Under the pieces are notes generated by a model. That model was not told where the DNA came from. It saw only the letters and a list, made by a program, of their open reading frames with translations, and ran no database searches. Shown piece by piece: positions 27,717 through 37,804 of a stretch of DNA of 50,498 nucleotides; the first letter of the stretch is position 1; the number at the start of each line of letters is the position of its first letter. A program made the translations under genes and the position numbers. The DNA is from Clostridia bacterium. Lineage in GTDB: Bacteria; Bacillota; Clostridia; Oscillospirales; CAG-272. Location of the stretch: the NCBI GenBank assembly GCA_017508605.1, contig JAFVYN010000069.1, positions 1 to 50,498 on the forward strand, read 5' to 3'.

Positions 27717-29246
27717 TTACTGATTTCTCATCATTTGGAAAAAGCTGTCGGCACGGACAAATTCGATCTTGTCGGAGCTTAACTCCTTAAGCGTTTTTTC
27801 AAGCTCTGCCACACGGTCGGGTGTCAGCTCGCCCCAGACCGAATACTGCGCCGCCACAAATTTCGGGGATTTCTGATCCCAGGCGTGATATTCACGGTGC
27901 AAAACCTTCGAAAGATGCTCGACCGTCGTCGAGTAGCAGGGCGTCAGCTGTTTGATCGGCATGCCGTTTTTCTCAATCGAGGAAATGCTCTCGCGATCGT
28001 CGGTGAAGAGCTGTACCGTAATGCCGTACAAATAGGGCGCGTTCTCGGCGTAGATCCGTCTTTGATTCTCGGTCATGTTATCCCAGACCGTCACGGCGCG
28101 AAGACCCGATTTTTCGAAATAACGGTTGGACAGCTTGACGTATTCGGCAAAATCCTCGTCATTTCTGACGTAGTTTTTCGCATCGATCTCTTCCTGCAGG
28201 GTGTTGACGGGCATGGCGTAACCGAAGCCCGAGGGTCCTGAAACAAAGCAGTCCTTGTCAGTGGAATGATCGTAATAATAATTGAGCATATCGGGAGAGA
28301 CCTCCGAAAGCGCGGGCGAGATCGTCCAGTTGATACACGCCTTGCCGCGGCTCTTTTCCTGCGCCTGCCAATACTTACGCATATAGCGCTGAATATACTG
28401 AATATTGTCACCGTCCGACACAAAGAGAGAGACGTACATCTTGTTTTCCACGGGCTTTACCTCGCCTTCGGGACGAAGACGGATGGGTTTATCCTGCGCG
28501 TAAACGGTGAAATTGCAGTAAAGGTCGCCGGGAACGGTGGAAAGACCGTATTCGGTGGTGGCGGTAATGCCGGAACGCTCCTCGGTATACCAACCGATCG
28601 CCACCGACTGACCGGGAGTCATATCGGCAAGGAAGCGGCGGTACACGTTTCTGTCATCCTCGCGGCGATTTTCAAGAAAGACCACGGCACAGCCCGCAGC
28701 CGCGATCAGATCGCGGATGTGAAAGAGCTCATCGGGATTCTGCGACACGATGATGCGGTGGGTATTCTTCTGCCAGTAATGATCGTACAGATAGGTATAG
28801 ATCTCGCGCGGCTCGGTCATGGTAAGACCCGAAAGATCCTCAAGAACGGGAAGCGTAACGCCATGATCCCGCAGAGCATCATAGACCGGACGGGTCATCG
28901 GGATGGCGTTCATGGTCGATGCCGCCGAACAGGCAAGATTGATATAATGCTTCGAGTGTGCCTCGCTGTACAAAACAACGCCCGATGCCTCATGGGCGTA
29001 CTTCTGCATCACGGTGTAATAATAGGTGCGGCGGTAGGATAGCCCCATCGTGCGAGGCCAGGTGTCACCACCCTGATCGCACATCATGTCAAGCAGTAAA
29101 ATGCGCACCGACGTGCGGTTGACGATTCCCTGAAGGGAAGAAAACGCCACCAATTCATCGCGTGTCATTGAAGGCGATTCGACCGCGTCCAGAACACCGC
29201 CGTCATAGGGAAAAGCAGGAAACATTCTATCGTTTGAAAAGTTCAT
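27717..29246 (-). CDS. GxGYxYP-family putative glycoside hydrolase
   Basis: 509 aa. It carries the signature GPSGFGYAMP, a variant of the GxGYxYP motif. A GGAGGA SD precedes the start. Confidence 0.6.
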   Translation of the reverse strand: MNFSNDRMFPAFPYDGGVLDAVESPSMTRDELVAFSSLQGIVNRTSVRILLLDMMCDQGGDTWPRTMGLSYRRTYYYTVMQKYAHEASGVVLYSEAHSKHYINLACSAASTMNAIPMTRPVYDALRDHGVTLPVLEDLSGLTMTEPREIYTYLYDHYWQKNTHRIIVSQNPDELFHIRDLIAAAGCAVVFLENRREDDRNVYRRFLADMTPGQSVAIGWYTEERSGITATTEYGLSTVPGDLYCNFTVYAQDKPIRLRPEGEVKPVENKMYVSLFVSDGDNIQYIQRYMRKYWQAQEKSRGKACINWTISPALSEVSPDMLNYYYDHSTDKDCFVSGPSGFGYAMPVNTLQEEIDAKNYVRNDEDFAEYVKLSNRYFEKSGLRAVTVWDNMTENQRRIYAENAPYLYGITVQLFTDDRESISSIEKNGMPIKQLTPCYSTTVEHLSKVLHREYHAWDQKSPKFVAAQYSVWGELTPDRVAELEKTLKELSSDKIEFVRADSFFQMMRNQ

Positions 29247-29404
29247 TGTAAGATCCTCCGAAAGCTTCTCATCGTTACAAATAACATCTCCCGAAGACCG
29301 CAGTCACGGGAATGCCCAATTGTTCATATTATACCCTACTCTACCCAATTTGTCAAGTAATCGCCAAAAACTCTTTTGTTTTTCTTCAGTTTCACCAAAA
29401 ATTC

Positions 29405-29433
29405 TTGACACATTTGTGGCAATATGCTATACT
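29405..29433 (+). promoter_or_regulatory. Near-consensus sigma-A promoter of the TIR-Sel1-TPR gene
   Basis: TTGACA, a 17-nt spacer, then TATACT preceded by TGC (extended -10). It lies 29 nt upstream of the ATG. Confidence 0.7.
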
Positions 29434-29461
29434 AACCATAAGAATACGATTGGAGGCAGTT

Positions 29462-32461
29462 ATGGCACTTTTCTGCAAAACACGTAATGATTCTTCGCCC
29501 CAAGGTAAGCCCAAGGTCTATTTTGCCTGCCATCCCGACGATTTCAAATACTTTGACACGATATCCGATGAGATCCTCACCGAGGTCAACTGCGCCGTTT
29601 TTTATCACACCCAACCCATCGAAAACGAGGAAGCGCATCTCCGCGACCTTTCAGAGATGAACCTAATCGTCATCCCCATCACCACGAAATTCCTCACCAC
29701 CCCCTCCGCCGCGCGCGATATTGAATTTCCCTTCTCCCAACAAAACCACATCCCCGTTCTCCCCTTGATGCAGGAACCGGGGCTTGTTGACGATTTCAAC
29801 AAGGTCTGCGGTAATGTTCAGTTTCTCGATAAGAGCGCCCGCGACGATACCGCCATCTCCTACGAGGAAAAGTTCAAAAATTTCCTCACCTCGATCCTCG
29901 TCGGAGACGAGCTTGCCGAAGAGATCCGCAATGCTTTTGACGCCTACATCTTCCTCTCTTACCGCAAGAAAGACCGCGCCTATGCGCAGGAGCTGATGCG
30001 CCTCATCCACGAAAACGATTTCTGCCGAGACGTCGCCATCTGGTACGATGAATTCCTCATCCCCGGCGAAAACTTCAATAATACCATTGCCGACGCCTTG
30101 ATGAAAAGCAAACTCTTCGCCCTTGCCATCACCCCCAACCTTCTGGAAAACCCCAACTACGTTATGACCACCGAATATCCGATGGCAAAGAACGCGGGCA
30201 AGGAGATCCTTGCCGCCGAGCTTGTTCCGACCGACAGAGCGGCGCTTGAAAACCACTATGCCGACATCCCCGAAAAGATCGATGCGCGTCATTCCCAAAC
30301 TCTTGCCAATGCCCTCATCAATGCCCTTGACAGCATCGTCCTTCGTAAAAACGATACCGATCCCCGACACAATTTCTTTATCGGTCTTGCGTACCTTTCA
30401 GGCATCGACGTTGAAAAGAACCCCGAGCGCGCACTCTCACTCATCACCTTCGCCGCCGAACATGACCTCCCCGAAGCGATTGAAAAGCTCGTCACTATGT
30501 ATAAGACGGGCGAAGGCGTGGAGCGTGACCTCGAAAAAGCCATCAAGTGGCAGGAAAAGCTCGTCGAGGTTTACCGTAAACAATTCGAGACAACCGATAC
30601 CGAGGAAAACGCCCTGCTCTATCTTGCCTCATTACTGACTCTCGGGGATTTTTATTTTAATTCATACCACTACGACAATGCCCGCACCGCCTATCAAACG
30701 GCACTTGACACCACGCTGTCGATTTCCGAACGACTCAACGACAACCTTTCTCTCTCTTATCAGGCACGCTGTTACGACGGCATGGGGCAAGTAGAAAAAA
30801 GTGTTGAAAATCTGAACCAAGCGATGCAGTATTACCACCATTCGCGCAAGATCCGCGAGACTATCCTTAAAGCCAATGACACTATTGAAGCAAGTTTCGA
30901 TTTATGGAATAGCCTGATTCATCAAGGCGAGCTTGAGACTGCTGCAGATAACGGCGCGGGAGCCTATGAAGTGTATTTGGACGCTGAATTGATCGCCGTC
31001 TCCATCCATACAAAAGAAGAAACGCCTGAATCGTCATACTGTCTTGCTGTTTCTTGGTATCAACTGGGTAATGTGCTGTCTTACGAAAATATCAATCGCG
31101 AATTCTCGCGTGTTCACAAAAAATATTTCAATTGTGAACTGGATACCCAAAACGTCTTCAGCGAAGTTGAAAGATACTACTTAGCCGCAAGTGGGTTATT
31201 GGAAAGTATTTTGATTCATTCCGATGACACGGAAACACAGTATAAACTATCAGCTGTAACGGGAGCCTTAGCCGATCTTTATCTTCGAGAATCCGATTTC
31301 ACAAATGCAACCGAGTGGGCAAACGATTCCCATACCATAGCGTTGATGCTTATCCAAGAAAACAATACGATTCAAGCTCGCCGTACACTCTTTTTCTCTC
31401 ATTGCCGTATGGGTCATTTGGCGCAAGCACAAGATCAGACCGAAAACGCCACGTACCATTTTCGTGAAGCGTTAACCATTGCTAACCGCTTTTGCGAAAC
31501 GTTACCTACCCTTGAATTCCGATACTATCTTGCCGATTGCTATGAAAATTTAGGCGATCTTGCTTTTCATGAGAAAGAACTGTCATCTGCTCACCAATAC
31601 TATCGCGAAGCACTCATGATTCGCGAGGCATTGATCCGCGAAACAGAGTCTTTCGAAGCACGAAAAGCGCTCAAGGAAAGCTACGAAAAACTAGAGAAAC
31701 TTGCCGAAGCCTTCGGCGATTATTTTCTTGCTTTTGAATTCTTTAGCATCCGGAGCTTCATTAAGCCGTTGAGCGGTCATCTGTTAAAACTAATCGCTGA
31801 TCTACATTATCTTAAAGCATGGAAAAACAGCGGGGAAAAGCCAACCTCTTATCCGAACTATTTATCCTCCAACAATAAAATGTATCTCAAAGAACTTGCC
31901 AAGCATCCTCACCTCTTATTGCAGCTGCAAGCCGCCGAGGCAAAGTATCTTGGAAATATTGACACCGCGCTTCGTTTGTATATGGATGCCAACCGTGCGC
32001 ATCAGGCTTTTTTCGATGAGTATGACGATGAAGAGCGGAATCAAGACCTCTATTTTGACTATTGGAACATAGAAGGGCTTGCATATGAGAACCAACGCTT
32101 CGCTATTGCCTTTACCTATTGCCGAAAAAGATTAGAGGCGCAAAAACGGATATTTGAAAAAGGCAAAAAAGAGGAAAACGTCAAAATCATTACCGACGCC
32201 TATGTAAGGCTTTTGGAATTAGCACCCGACACCGATACTTCACCCCTGCCTATTGCGGAAGAGTTCTTTTCTTTCGCCCAAAAGCTCTACTCCGAAAACA
32301 CATCTCTTTTGGCTCTTGACTGTATGACCGTCGCCACGGAAAAGCTCCTTAACCTTTACCGCGAGACCAAAGTGTCTTGTTTCAAAAAACTTGCACTGTC
32401 ACGAAAACTCCGCCGATATCGGCGTCTGAAGAAAAAAGCCGACAAAAAAGCAGCCACCTGA
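29462..32461 (+). CDS. Tandem TIR-like domain protein with Sel1-like and TPR-like repeats (999 aa)
   Basis: ATG 29462 follows a GGAGG SD. TIR_2-like segment: YIFLSYRKKDRAYAQELMRLIHE..DVAIWYDEFLIPGENFNNTIADALMKSKLFALAITPNLLENPNYVMTTEY. An upstream degenerate copy reads KVYFACHPDDF...LIVIPITTKFL...DIEF. A Sel1-like segment reads GIDVEKNPERALSLITFAAEHDLPEAIEKLVTMYKTGEGVERDLEKAIKWQEK. About 630 aa of helical repeats follow. No P-loop was seen. Confidence 0.8.
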   Translation: MALFCKTRNDSSPQGKPKVYFACHPDDFKYFDTISDEILTEVNCAVFYHTQPIENEEAHLRDLSEMNLIVIPITTKFLTTPSAARDIEFPFSQQNHIPVLPLMQEPGLVDDFNKVCGNVQFLDKSARDDTAISYEEKFKNFLTSILVGDELAEEIRNAFDAYIFLSYRKKDRAYAQELMRLIHENDFCRDVAIWYDEFLIPGENFNNTIADALMKSKLFALAITPNLLENPNYVMTTEYPMAKNAGKEILAAELVPTDRAALENHYADIPEKIDARHSQTLANALINALDSIVLRKNDTDPRHNFFIGLAYLSGIDVEKNPERALSLITFAAEHDLPEAIEKLVTMYKTGEGVERDLEKAIKWQEKLVEVYRKQFETTDTEENALLYLASLLTLGDFYFNSYHYDNARTAYQTALDTTLSISERLNDNLSLSYQARCYDGMGQVEKSVENLNQAMQYYHHSRKIRETILKANDTIEASFDLWNSLIHQGELETAADNGAGAYEVYLDAELIAVSIHTKEETPESSYCLAVSWYQLGNVLSYENINREFSRVHKKYFNCELDTQNVFSEVERYYLAASGLLESILIHSDDTETQYKLSAVTGALADLYLRESDFTNATEWANDSHTIALMLIQENNTIQARRTLFFSHCRMGHLAQAQDQTENATYHFREALTIANRFCETLPTLEFRYYLADCYENLGDLAFHEKELSSAHQYYREALMIREALIRETESFEARKALKESYEKLEKLAEAFGDYFLAFEFFSIRSFIKPLSGHLLKLIADLHYLKAWKNSGEKPTSYPNYLSSNNKMYLKELAKHPHLLLQLQAAEAKYLGNIDTALRLYMDANRAHQAFFDEYDDEERNQDLYFDYWNIEGLAYENQRFAIAFTYCRKRLEAQKRIFEKGKKEENVKIITDAYVRLLELAPDTDTSPLPIAEEFFSFAQKLYSENTSLLALDCMTVATEKLLNLYRETKVSCFKKLALSRKLRRYRRLKKKADKKAAT

Positions 32462-32466
32462 CAACA

Positions 32467-32495
32467 AAAAGCCCGACCGTGCGGTCGGGCTTTTT
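32467..32495. terminator. Bidirectional terminator between the convergent TIR gene and rubrerythrin
   Basis: AAAAGCCCGACC gtgc GGTCGGGCTTTTT. Confidence 0.85.
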
Positions 32496-32508
32496 GTTAT
32501 GTGAAATC

Positions 32509-33042
32509 TTAATAGTTTTCTTTTCTGACTTCGAAGTAGCTCTGGGGATGAGCGCAGACAGGGCAAATAACGGGAGCCTTCTTGCCCATAACGAGGTGAC
32601 CGCAGTTGCGGCATTCCCACATGGTCTCTTCAGCCTTTTCAAAAACAGCCTGCATATCTACGTTGTTAAGAAGTGCGCGATATCTTTCCTCGTGCGTCTT
32701 TTCGATAGCGGCAACGGCTCTGAACTGATATGCGATCTGCTTGAAGCCTTCTTCTTCAGCTTCCTTAGCGAAGGTATCGTACATATCGGTCCATTCATAA
32801 TTTTCGCCTTCAGCGGCAGCCTTCAGGTTTTCAGCGGTGGTGCCGATGCCCTGAAGATGCTTGAACCACAACTTTGCGTGTTCCATTTCGTTGTTTGCGG
32901 TCTGGAGGAAGATAGCGGCGATCTGTTCGTAGCCTTCCTTCTTGGCAACGCTTGCAAAATAGGTGTACTTGTTTCTCGCCTGAGATTCACCTGCAAATGC
33001 GGTAGCGAGATTCTGTTCTGTCTTAGAGCCTTTGAGTTCCAT
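32509..33042 (-). CDS. rbr: Rubrerythrin
   Basis: ATG 33042 follows an AAAGGAG SD. A ferritin-like domain ([30 protein letters not shown]) is followed by C-terminal CRNCG...CPVC. Confidence 0.9.
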   Translation of the reverse strand: MELKGSKTEQNLATAFAGESQARNKYTYFASVAKKEGYEQIAAIFLQTANNEMEHAKLWFKHLQGIGTTAENLKAAAEGENYEWTDMYDTFAKEAEEEGFKQIAYQFRAVAAIEKTHEERYRALLNNVDMQAVFEKAEETMWECRNCGHLVMGKKAPVICPVCAHPQSYFEVRKENY

Positions 33043-33079
33043 AATTCGTTCTCCTTTTGTAATAAAAAAATAATAATAG

Positions 33080-33454
33080 TTACTGTTGAGCCGCACGGCA
33101 TTTCGCACAGCAAGCATTCACCGACAGGTCATACTGAAAATCGTCCGAGCCAACCGCCTCTTTCAGGCATTCCGTCAAGCCCTTGACCTCAAGATCGAGA
33201 ACGCCGCCGCATTTGGGGCAGATCATGTGCTCGTGGGGCGAAACGGTTTTATCAAAACGGTCAGGTCCGTCGGGAACACGGATCTTGCGGATTCTGCCAT
33301 CCTGTGCCATTTCGTTCAGATTGCGATAGACGGTACCGAGCGCGATCTTGGGCATTGCCTTGACCGCCTCACGGTAGACCTCCTCCGCCGTCATATGTCC
33401 GAATTCTTGAATGATGGCGAGAATCAGCTTACACTGTTGGGTTAAATACTTCAT
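33080..33454 (-). CDS. perR: Fur-family peroxide-responsive repressor (PerR-like)
   Basis: It has a winged HTH ([15 protein letters not shown]), [10 protein letters not shown], and C-terminal CAKC. It lies upstream of rubrerythrin. Confidence 0.8.
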   Translation of the reverse strand: MKYLTQQCKLILAIIQEFGHMTAEEVYREAVKAMPKIALGTVYRNLNEMAQDGRIRKIRVPDGPDRFDKTVSPHEHMICPKCGGVLDLEVKGLTECLKEAVGSDDFQYDLSVNACCAKCRAAQQ

Positions 33455-33490
33455 ATTCTCGTCCTCAATTTAGGAATTATTCTTGAATTG

Positions 33491-33519
33491 ATTATAACAG
33501 AGAAAACCCCTCTTGTCAA
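33491..33519 (-). promoter_or_regulatory. Consensus sigma-A promoter of perR-rbr; its -35 element lies in the loop of the upstream terminator
   Basis: Minus strand has TTGACA (33519..33514), a 17-nt spacer, then TATAAT (33496..33491) preceded by TGT. Confidence 0.65.
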
Positions 33520-33527
33520 GGGGTTTT
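33503..33527 (-). terminator. Intrinsic terminator after the dehydratase-like gene
   Basis: AAAACCCCT cttgtca AGGGGTTTT forms a 9-bp stem. TTTTC follows on the minus strand. Confidence 0.7.
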
Positions 33528-33545
33528 CAAAAATTTTTTTATTTT

Positions 33546-34850
33546 TTATCCCACCGTCGAGGGTATCTTCTGCTCCTTTTCACAAATCTCCTCAGAAGAT
33601 GCGTCAAGCTCTTCCCTTGCCACCGAAAGCATCAGCTTAACGCGATTCTCTTGGTTGACACGTGTAGCGCCCGGATCGTAATCAATGGCAACGATATTGG
33701 CATTCGGAAACCGCTCACGGATCGAGCGTGTCATCCCCTTGCCCACGATGTGATTGGGCAGGCATCCGAAGGGCTGAACACAGATAATGTTGTGATACCC
33801 CTCCTCGCAAAGCGCCGCCATTTCAGCGGTGAGAAGCCAGCCCTCACCCATTTTACAGCCAAGTCCGATCGTCTCTTCACCCCACCGTCTCACAGCCTTA
33901 TGGGAAAGGGGTGCCCGATACCGTCCGCTCTTTTCAAGGGCGTGCCGCATCATGCCTTCATATTCCTCCAAGAAACGGCGCAGGAAAAGATTCACAAGCT
34001 TTGCGATCCTTTTGCCGCCGTAAAGACGGATATCCTCGATGTTGTTATCAAAAATATACTGAATAAAGCCGAGAAGCCCGGGGACGTTCACCTCACAGCC
34101 CTCGCCGTGAAGAAAGTCCTCCAGATGATTGTTCGCAAGGGGGGAATATTTGACATAGATCTCCCCGACGATACCGACCTTCACTTTTGGTTCCTTGTGA
34201 AGCGAAAGTGAGTCAAAATCCTTTGCCATCAGGGAAAGGTTCTTCCGTATCGCGAAAAACGAAGAGTCCTTGCCCTGCTTCAGGCGCTCCGCAAGATAGT
34301 CGACCCATTTGCGGCAAAGTCCGTCAGCCGCACCCTTTTCGGTTTCATAAGGTCTTGCCTGATTCACAAATGCCGTCAGGGTATCGCCGTAAATGACCCC
34401 CGCCATCGCGAGAAAAATAAACTTAAGATCAATTCGGAAGCCCTCGTTCTTTTCAAGACCCGTGGGATTCAGAGAGATCACGGGCACCTGAGAAAAGCCC
34501 GCCTTCGCCAGTGCCTTTCGCAATAGGTGGATGTAATTGGAGGCACGGCAGCCGCCGCCCGTCTGCGTCAGCATCAGCGCGGTGCGGTCGGGATCGTATT
34601 TTCCGCTCTTCAGTGCCGCGATAAACTGCCCGATCACCAGAAGCGCGGGATAGCAGGTGTCGTTATGTACGTATTTCAGACCTTCGTCCACAATATCCCT
34701 GCCGTCGGTCGTCAGAAGCTCCACATTATACCCAAGACCGCGCATCGCTCCCTGCAGGATCTCGAAATGCAGATTCAGCATGTTCGGCAAGAGGATCTTG
34801 TAGGTCTTTCGCATGTCTTCGGTGAATTCTATTCTACGGATCTCTTCCAT
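33546..34850 (-). CDS. 2-hydroxyacyl-CoA dehydratase-family protein (partner of the activase fusion), function unknown
   Basis: 434 aa. The start overlaps the upstream stop by 1 nt, and a GGAGGAG SD precedes it. The family assignment comes from recalled similarity to HgdB/YjiM-like proteins. Confidence 0.6.
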   Translation of the reverse strand: MEEIRRIEFTEDMRKTYKILLPNMLNLHFEILQGAMRGLGYNVELLTTDGRDIVDEGLKYVHNDTCYPALLVIGQFIAALKSGKYDPDRTALMLTQTGGGCRASNYIHLLRKALAKAGFSQVPVISLNPTGLEKNEGFRIDLKFIFLAMAGVIYGDTLTAFVNQARPYETEKGAADGLCRKWVDYLAERLKQGKDSSFFAIRKNLSLMAKDFDSLSLHKEPKVKVGIVGEIYVKYSPLANNHLEDFLHGEGCEVNVPGLLGFIQYIFDNNIEDIRLYGGKRIAKLVNLFLRRFLEEYEGMMRHALEKSGRYRAPLSHKAVRRWGEETIGLGCKMGEGWLLTAEMAALCEEGYHNIICVQPFGCLPNHIVGKGMTRSIRERFPNANIVAIDYDPGATRVNQENRVKLMLSVAREELDASSEEICEKEQKIPSTVG

Positions 34851-37795
34851 CAGTTCTCCTCCTTTTGTCCGAGGGTAGCAAACAGACTGCGAAGACGGAT
34901 CTTCACAGCGCCGAGTCCCGTGATCTCGTCGATCTTGATCTGGGTATAGATCTTGCCCGCGCTCTCCAAAATGCGGCGCACCTCATCGGTCGTAATGGCA
35001 TCCACCCCGCATCCGAAGGAAACGAGCTGAACGAAATTGATATCAAGATCCCGTGTATCTGCCACAAACCGTGCAGCCCCATACAGTCTTGCATGATAGG
35101 TCCACTGATTGAGAACGGCAAGGGGCATGCGCTCAAAATGGTGTCCGAGCATATCCTCCGGGATCACCACGATGCCACGGTCACGGATAAAGGTATCAAT
35201 GCCGTGATTGATCTCACGGTCGAGATGGTAGGGTCTGCCCGCAAGCACGATCACGGGAAGCTTTCTCTCTCTCGCGACGGTAAGCAGCTCGTCTCCCCGC
35301 GTGCGAAGGCATGCCATATAGCGGTAATATTCGGTATATGCCGTCTCGACCGCCGCCTTGACTTCTTTTCGGCTGAAATGCCCGAATTCCCTTTCCAGCA
35401 TCTCATGAAAGTGCTTGGTAAACTCCTTGGGACGGTGGATCCCGAAATCGTCGCTGATGAGTCTTGCTCCCTTGAGGGACATATTATGGGCGATCACACG
35501 GGGATAGTAGGCAACGACGGGGCAGTTATAATGATTGTCCGAAAGCCCCTCGTTCATATTATAGGTCAGCGAGGGATAAAACACCGTCTTTACCCCCGCC
35601 TCGATCAGCGCCTCGATGTGTCCGTGAACGAGCTTGGCGGGATAACAGACCGTATCCGAGGGAATACTGCTCTGCCCCTTGAGATAGAGCTTGCGGCTCG
35701 AGGGCGGAGACAGCTGTATGCCGAAACCGAGCGTGCGAAAGAGCGTATGCCAGAAGGGCAAAAGCTCAAACATTCCAAGTACCACGGGAATGCCAACCGT
35801 TTCCCTGACACCTTCGCGGGGGCCGTAAGCCGAAAGCATCTCCCGTTTATCGTCATAGCCGCTGAAGGTCTCTTTGACCACACGCTGTTCGGTGGGCTTT
35901 TCACACTGATTGCCCCCGATATATCGCTTGCCGTCCCCAAAAGTGTTCACCGTCAGCTTGCAGCGATTGGTACAGCCCTTGCAGGTGATCGCCTTCACGT
36001 CATGCGTGAAACAGGAAAGCGCCTCCCGATCAAGAATGGTGCTTTTCGTCTTCTTCTCCCGCTCGGCAGATGCCTTGGCGTAAAGGGCGGCACCCAAAGC
36101 GCCCATCTTACCCGATACCGAAGGCCGCAGGACCTCCTCGCCGATCTCCATTTCAAAGGCACGAAGCACGGCGTCATTCAGGAACGTACCGCCCTGCACC
36201 ACAACGTGATGACCGAGGGGCTTGCCCTCAGCCTTGCGGATGACCTTGTACAGCGCGTTTTTGACCACGCTGATCGAAAGCCCCGCCGCGATGTTTTCGA
36301 CCGATGCCCCATCCTTTTGCGCCTGCTTGACCGAGGAATTCATAAAGACCGTACAGCGGGAGCCAAGGTCAACGGGCTTGTCGGCAAAGAGCGCGAGTTG
36401 ACTGAATTCCTCAGCCGTATAGCCGAGAGCGGCGGCAAAGGTCTCAAGAAACGAGCCGCAACCCGAGGAACAGGCTTCGTTCAGAAAAATATTATCGATC
36501 ACACCGTTTTTGATCTCAAAGCATTTGATGTCCTGACCGCCGATATCAATAATAAAATCGACCATAGGCTCAAATGCCTTGGCGGCGGTAAAATGCGCGA
36601 CGGTCTCCACCACACCGTAATCGAGGTGAAAGGCGCTCTTGACGATCTCCTCGCCATAGCCTGTGGAGGCGGCGGCAACGATCTTCACATCGGGATAGCG
36701 TTCGTATACCTCGGAAAGAAACGCCCTGACGGCAGGAATGGGATTGCCGCTGTTGGTATGATAGCGTGAGAAGACGATCTCACCATCTTCGTTCGTCAGA
36801 ACCGCCTTGATCGTCGTCGAGCCGGAATCAATGCCGAGATACGCGCGCTTTGATGCGCTCAGTTCGGCAGTCTTCTCTTCCCTTGTGTGACGGCGCCTGA
36901 AGGCTTCGTAGTCTTCGGTGCTTTGAAAGAGCGGCTCACATCCGATATAGTCGCCCGCCGCTTTGTGTTCTCTTGCCGCCTTCTCAAGCGCCAAAAGGGA
37001 GACGGGCTGTTTTTCATCGGCGAGATATGCCGCCCCGAGTGCCACGAAATACAGTGACATATCGGGAAAGACGCCCTTGGTTTTCAGCGTGCGGTCAAAT
37101 GCCTCGCGAAGAGAGGATAAAAAGGTCAAAGGCCCGCCGAGATAGACGACCTTACCCTCGATCTTACGCCCCTGCGCAAGACCCGATACCGTCTGATTGA
37201 CCACAGCCGCCATAATGCTTGCCGCGATATCCTCTTTTCTCGCGCCCTGATTGATGAGGGGCTGAATGTCGCTCTTGGCAAAGACGCCGCAGCGCGAGGC
37301 AATGCTGTATTCCTTGGTATATGCCGCCGCCAGCGTATTCATCGCGTCGGGTGTCACTCCGAGCAGGGTCGCCATCTGATCGATAAACGATCCCGTACCG
37401 CCTGCGCAGCTTCCGTTCATTCTGACCTCAAAGGCACCCGACAGAAAGAGGATCTTCGCGTCCTCACCGCCAAGCTCGATCACGGCATCGGCATCGGGGA
37501 TGCGGCGTGAAAGCGCTACCTTGGTAGCATAGACCTCCTGACAGAACGTAAGTCCCATCTCCTTGGCAAAGCCCATACCCCCCGATCCCGAGATCGCAAG
37601 CGCCGCCGTTTCAGCCTCAGGGAGTTCAAGACGGATCTCCTTCAGCATAGCGGCAATCTTTTCGGCAATGGCGGCGTAATGTCTTATATAACGGTGGAAG
37701 AGGATCTTTCCCTCTTCGTCAAGCACTACCGCTTTCAGCGTGGTCGATCCGACGTCAAGTCCGATCTTAAACATAATCTCACTTCTTTTCTCCAT
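34850..37795 (-). CDS. Double BcrA/BadF/HgdC-type ATPase (CoA-enzyme activase) fused to a C-terminal dehydratase-related domain
   Basis: Two acetate/sugar-kinase-fold modules each start with a G-[LI]-D-x-GSTT motif (IGLDVGSTTLKAVV and LGIDSGSTTIKAVL). A Cys-rich linker (CKGCTNRCKL) follows. The start is either ATG 37795 (AAGGGAG SD) or ATG 37774. Confidence 0.75.
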   Translation of the reverse strand: MEKRSEIMFKIGLDVGSTTLKAVVLDEEGKILFHRYIRHYAAIAEKIAAMLKEIRLELPEAETAALAISGSGGMGFAKEMGLTFCQEVYATKVALSRRIPDADAVIELGGEDAKILFLSGAFEVRMNGSCAGGTGSFIDQMATLLGVTPDAMNTLAAAYTKEYSIASRCGVFAKSDIQPLINQGARKEDIAASIMAAVVNQTVSGLAQGRKIEGKVVYLGGPLTFLSSLREAFDRTLKTKGVFPDMSLYFVALGAAYLADEKQPVSLLALEKAAREHKAAGDYIGCEPLFQSTEDYEAFRRRHTREEKTAELSASKRAYLGIDSGSTTIKAVLTNEDGEIVFSRYHTNSGNPIPAVRAFLSEVYERYPDVKIVAAASTGYGEEIVKSAFHLDYGVVETVAHFTAAKAFEPMVDFIIDIGGQDIKCFEIKNGVIDNIFLNEACSSGCGSFLETFAAALGYTAEEFSQLALFADKPVDLGSRCTVFMNSSVKQAQKDGASVENIAAGLSISVVKNALYKVIRKAEGKPLGHHVVVQGGTFLNDAVLRAFEMEIGEEVLRPSVSGKMGALGAALYAKASAEREKKTKSTILDREALSCFTHDVKAITCKGCTNRCKLTVNTFGDGKRYIGGNQCEKPTEQRVVKETFSGYDDKREMLSAYGPREGVRETVGIPVVLGMFELLPFWHTLFRTLGFGIQLSPPSSRKLYLKGQSSIPSDTVCYPAKLVHGHIEALIEAGVKTVFYPSLTYNMNEGLSDNHYNCPVVAYYPRVIAHNMSLKGARLISDDFGIHRPKEFTKHFHEMLEREFGHFSRKEVKAAVETAYTEYYRYMACLRTRGDELLTVARERKLPVIVLAGRPYHLDREINHGIDTFIRDRGIVVIPEDMLGHHFERMPLAVLNQWTYHARLYGAARFVADTRDLDINFVQLVSFGCGVDAITTDEVRRILESAGKIYTQIKIDEITGLGAVKIRLRSLFATLGQKEEN

Positions 37796-37804
37796 AATCA
37801 AAAG

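Noticed and set aside
29312-29461. Upstream extensions of several ORF-track entries. They are 29312 for the TIR gene, 26818 for the transketolase C subunit, and 33117 for rubrerythrin. Further ones are 37897 for the activase, 383 for the phosphoesterase, and 22387 for cdaA.
   Set aside because: The extensions use TTG/GTG or lack an SD, overlap promoters or upstream genes, and add non-homologous residues. Internal ATG codons with good SD sites match the family N-termini.
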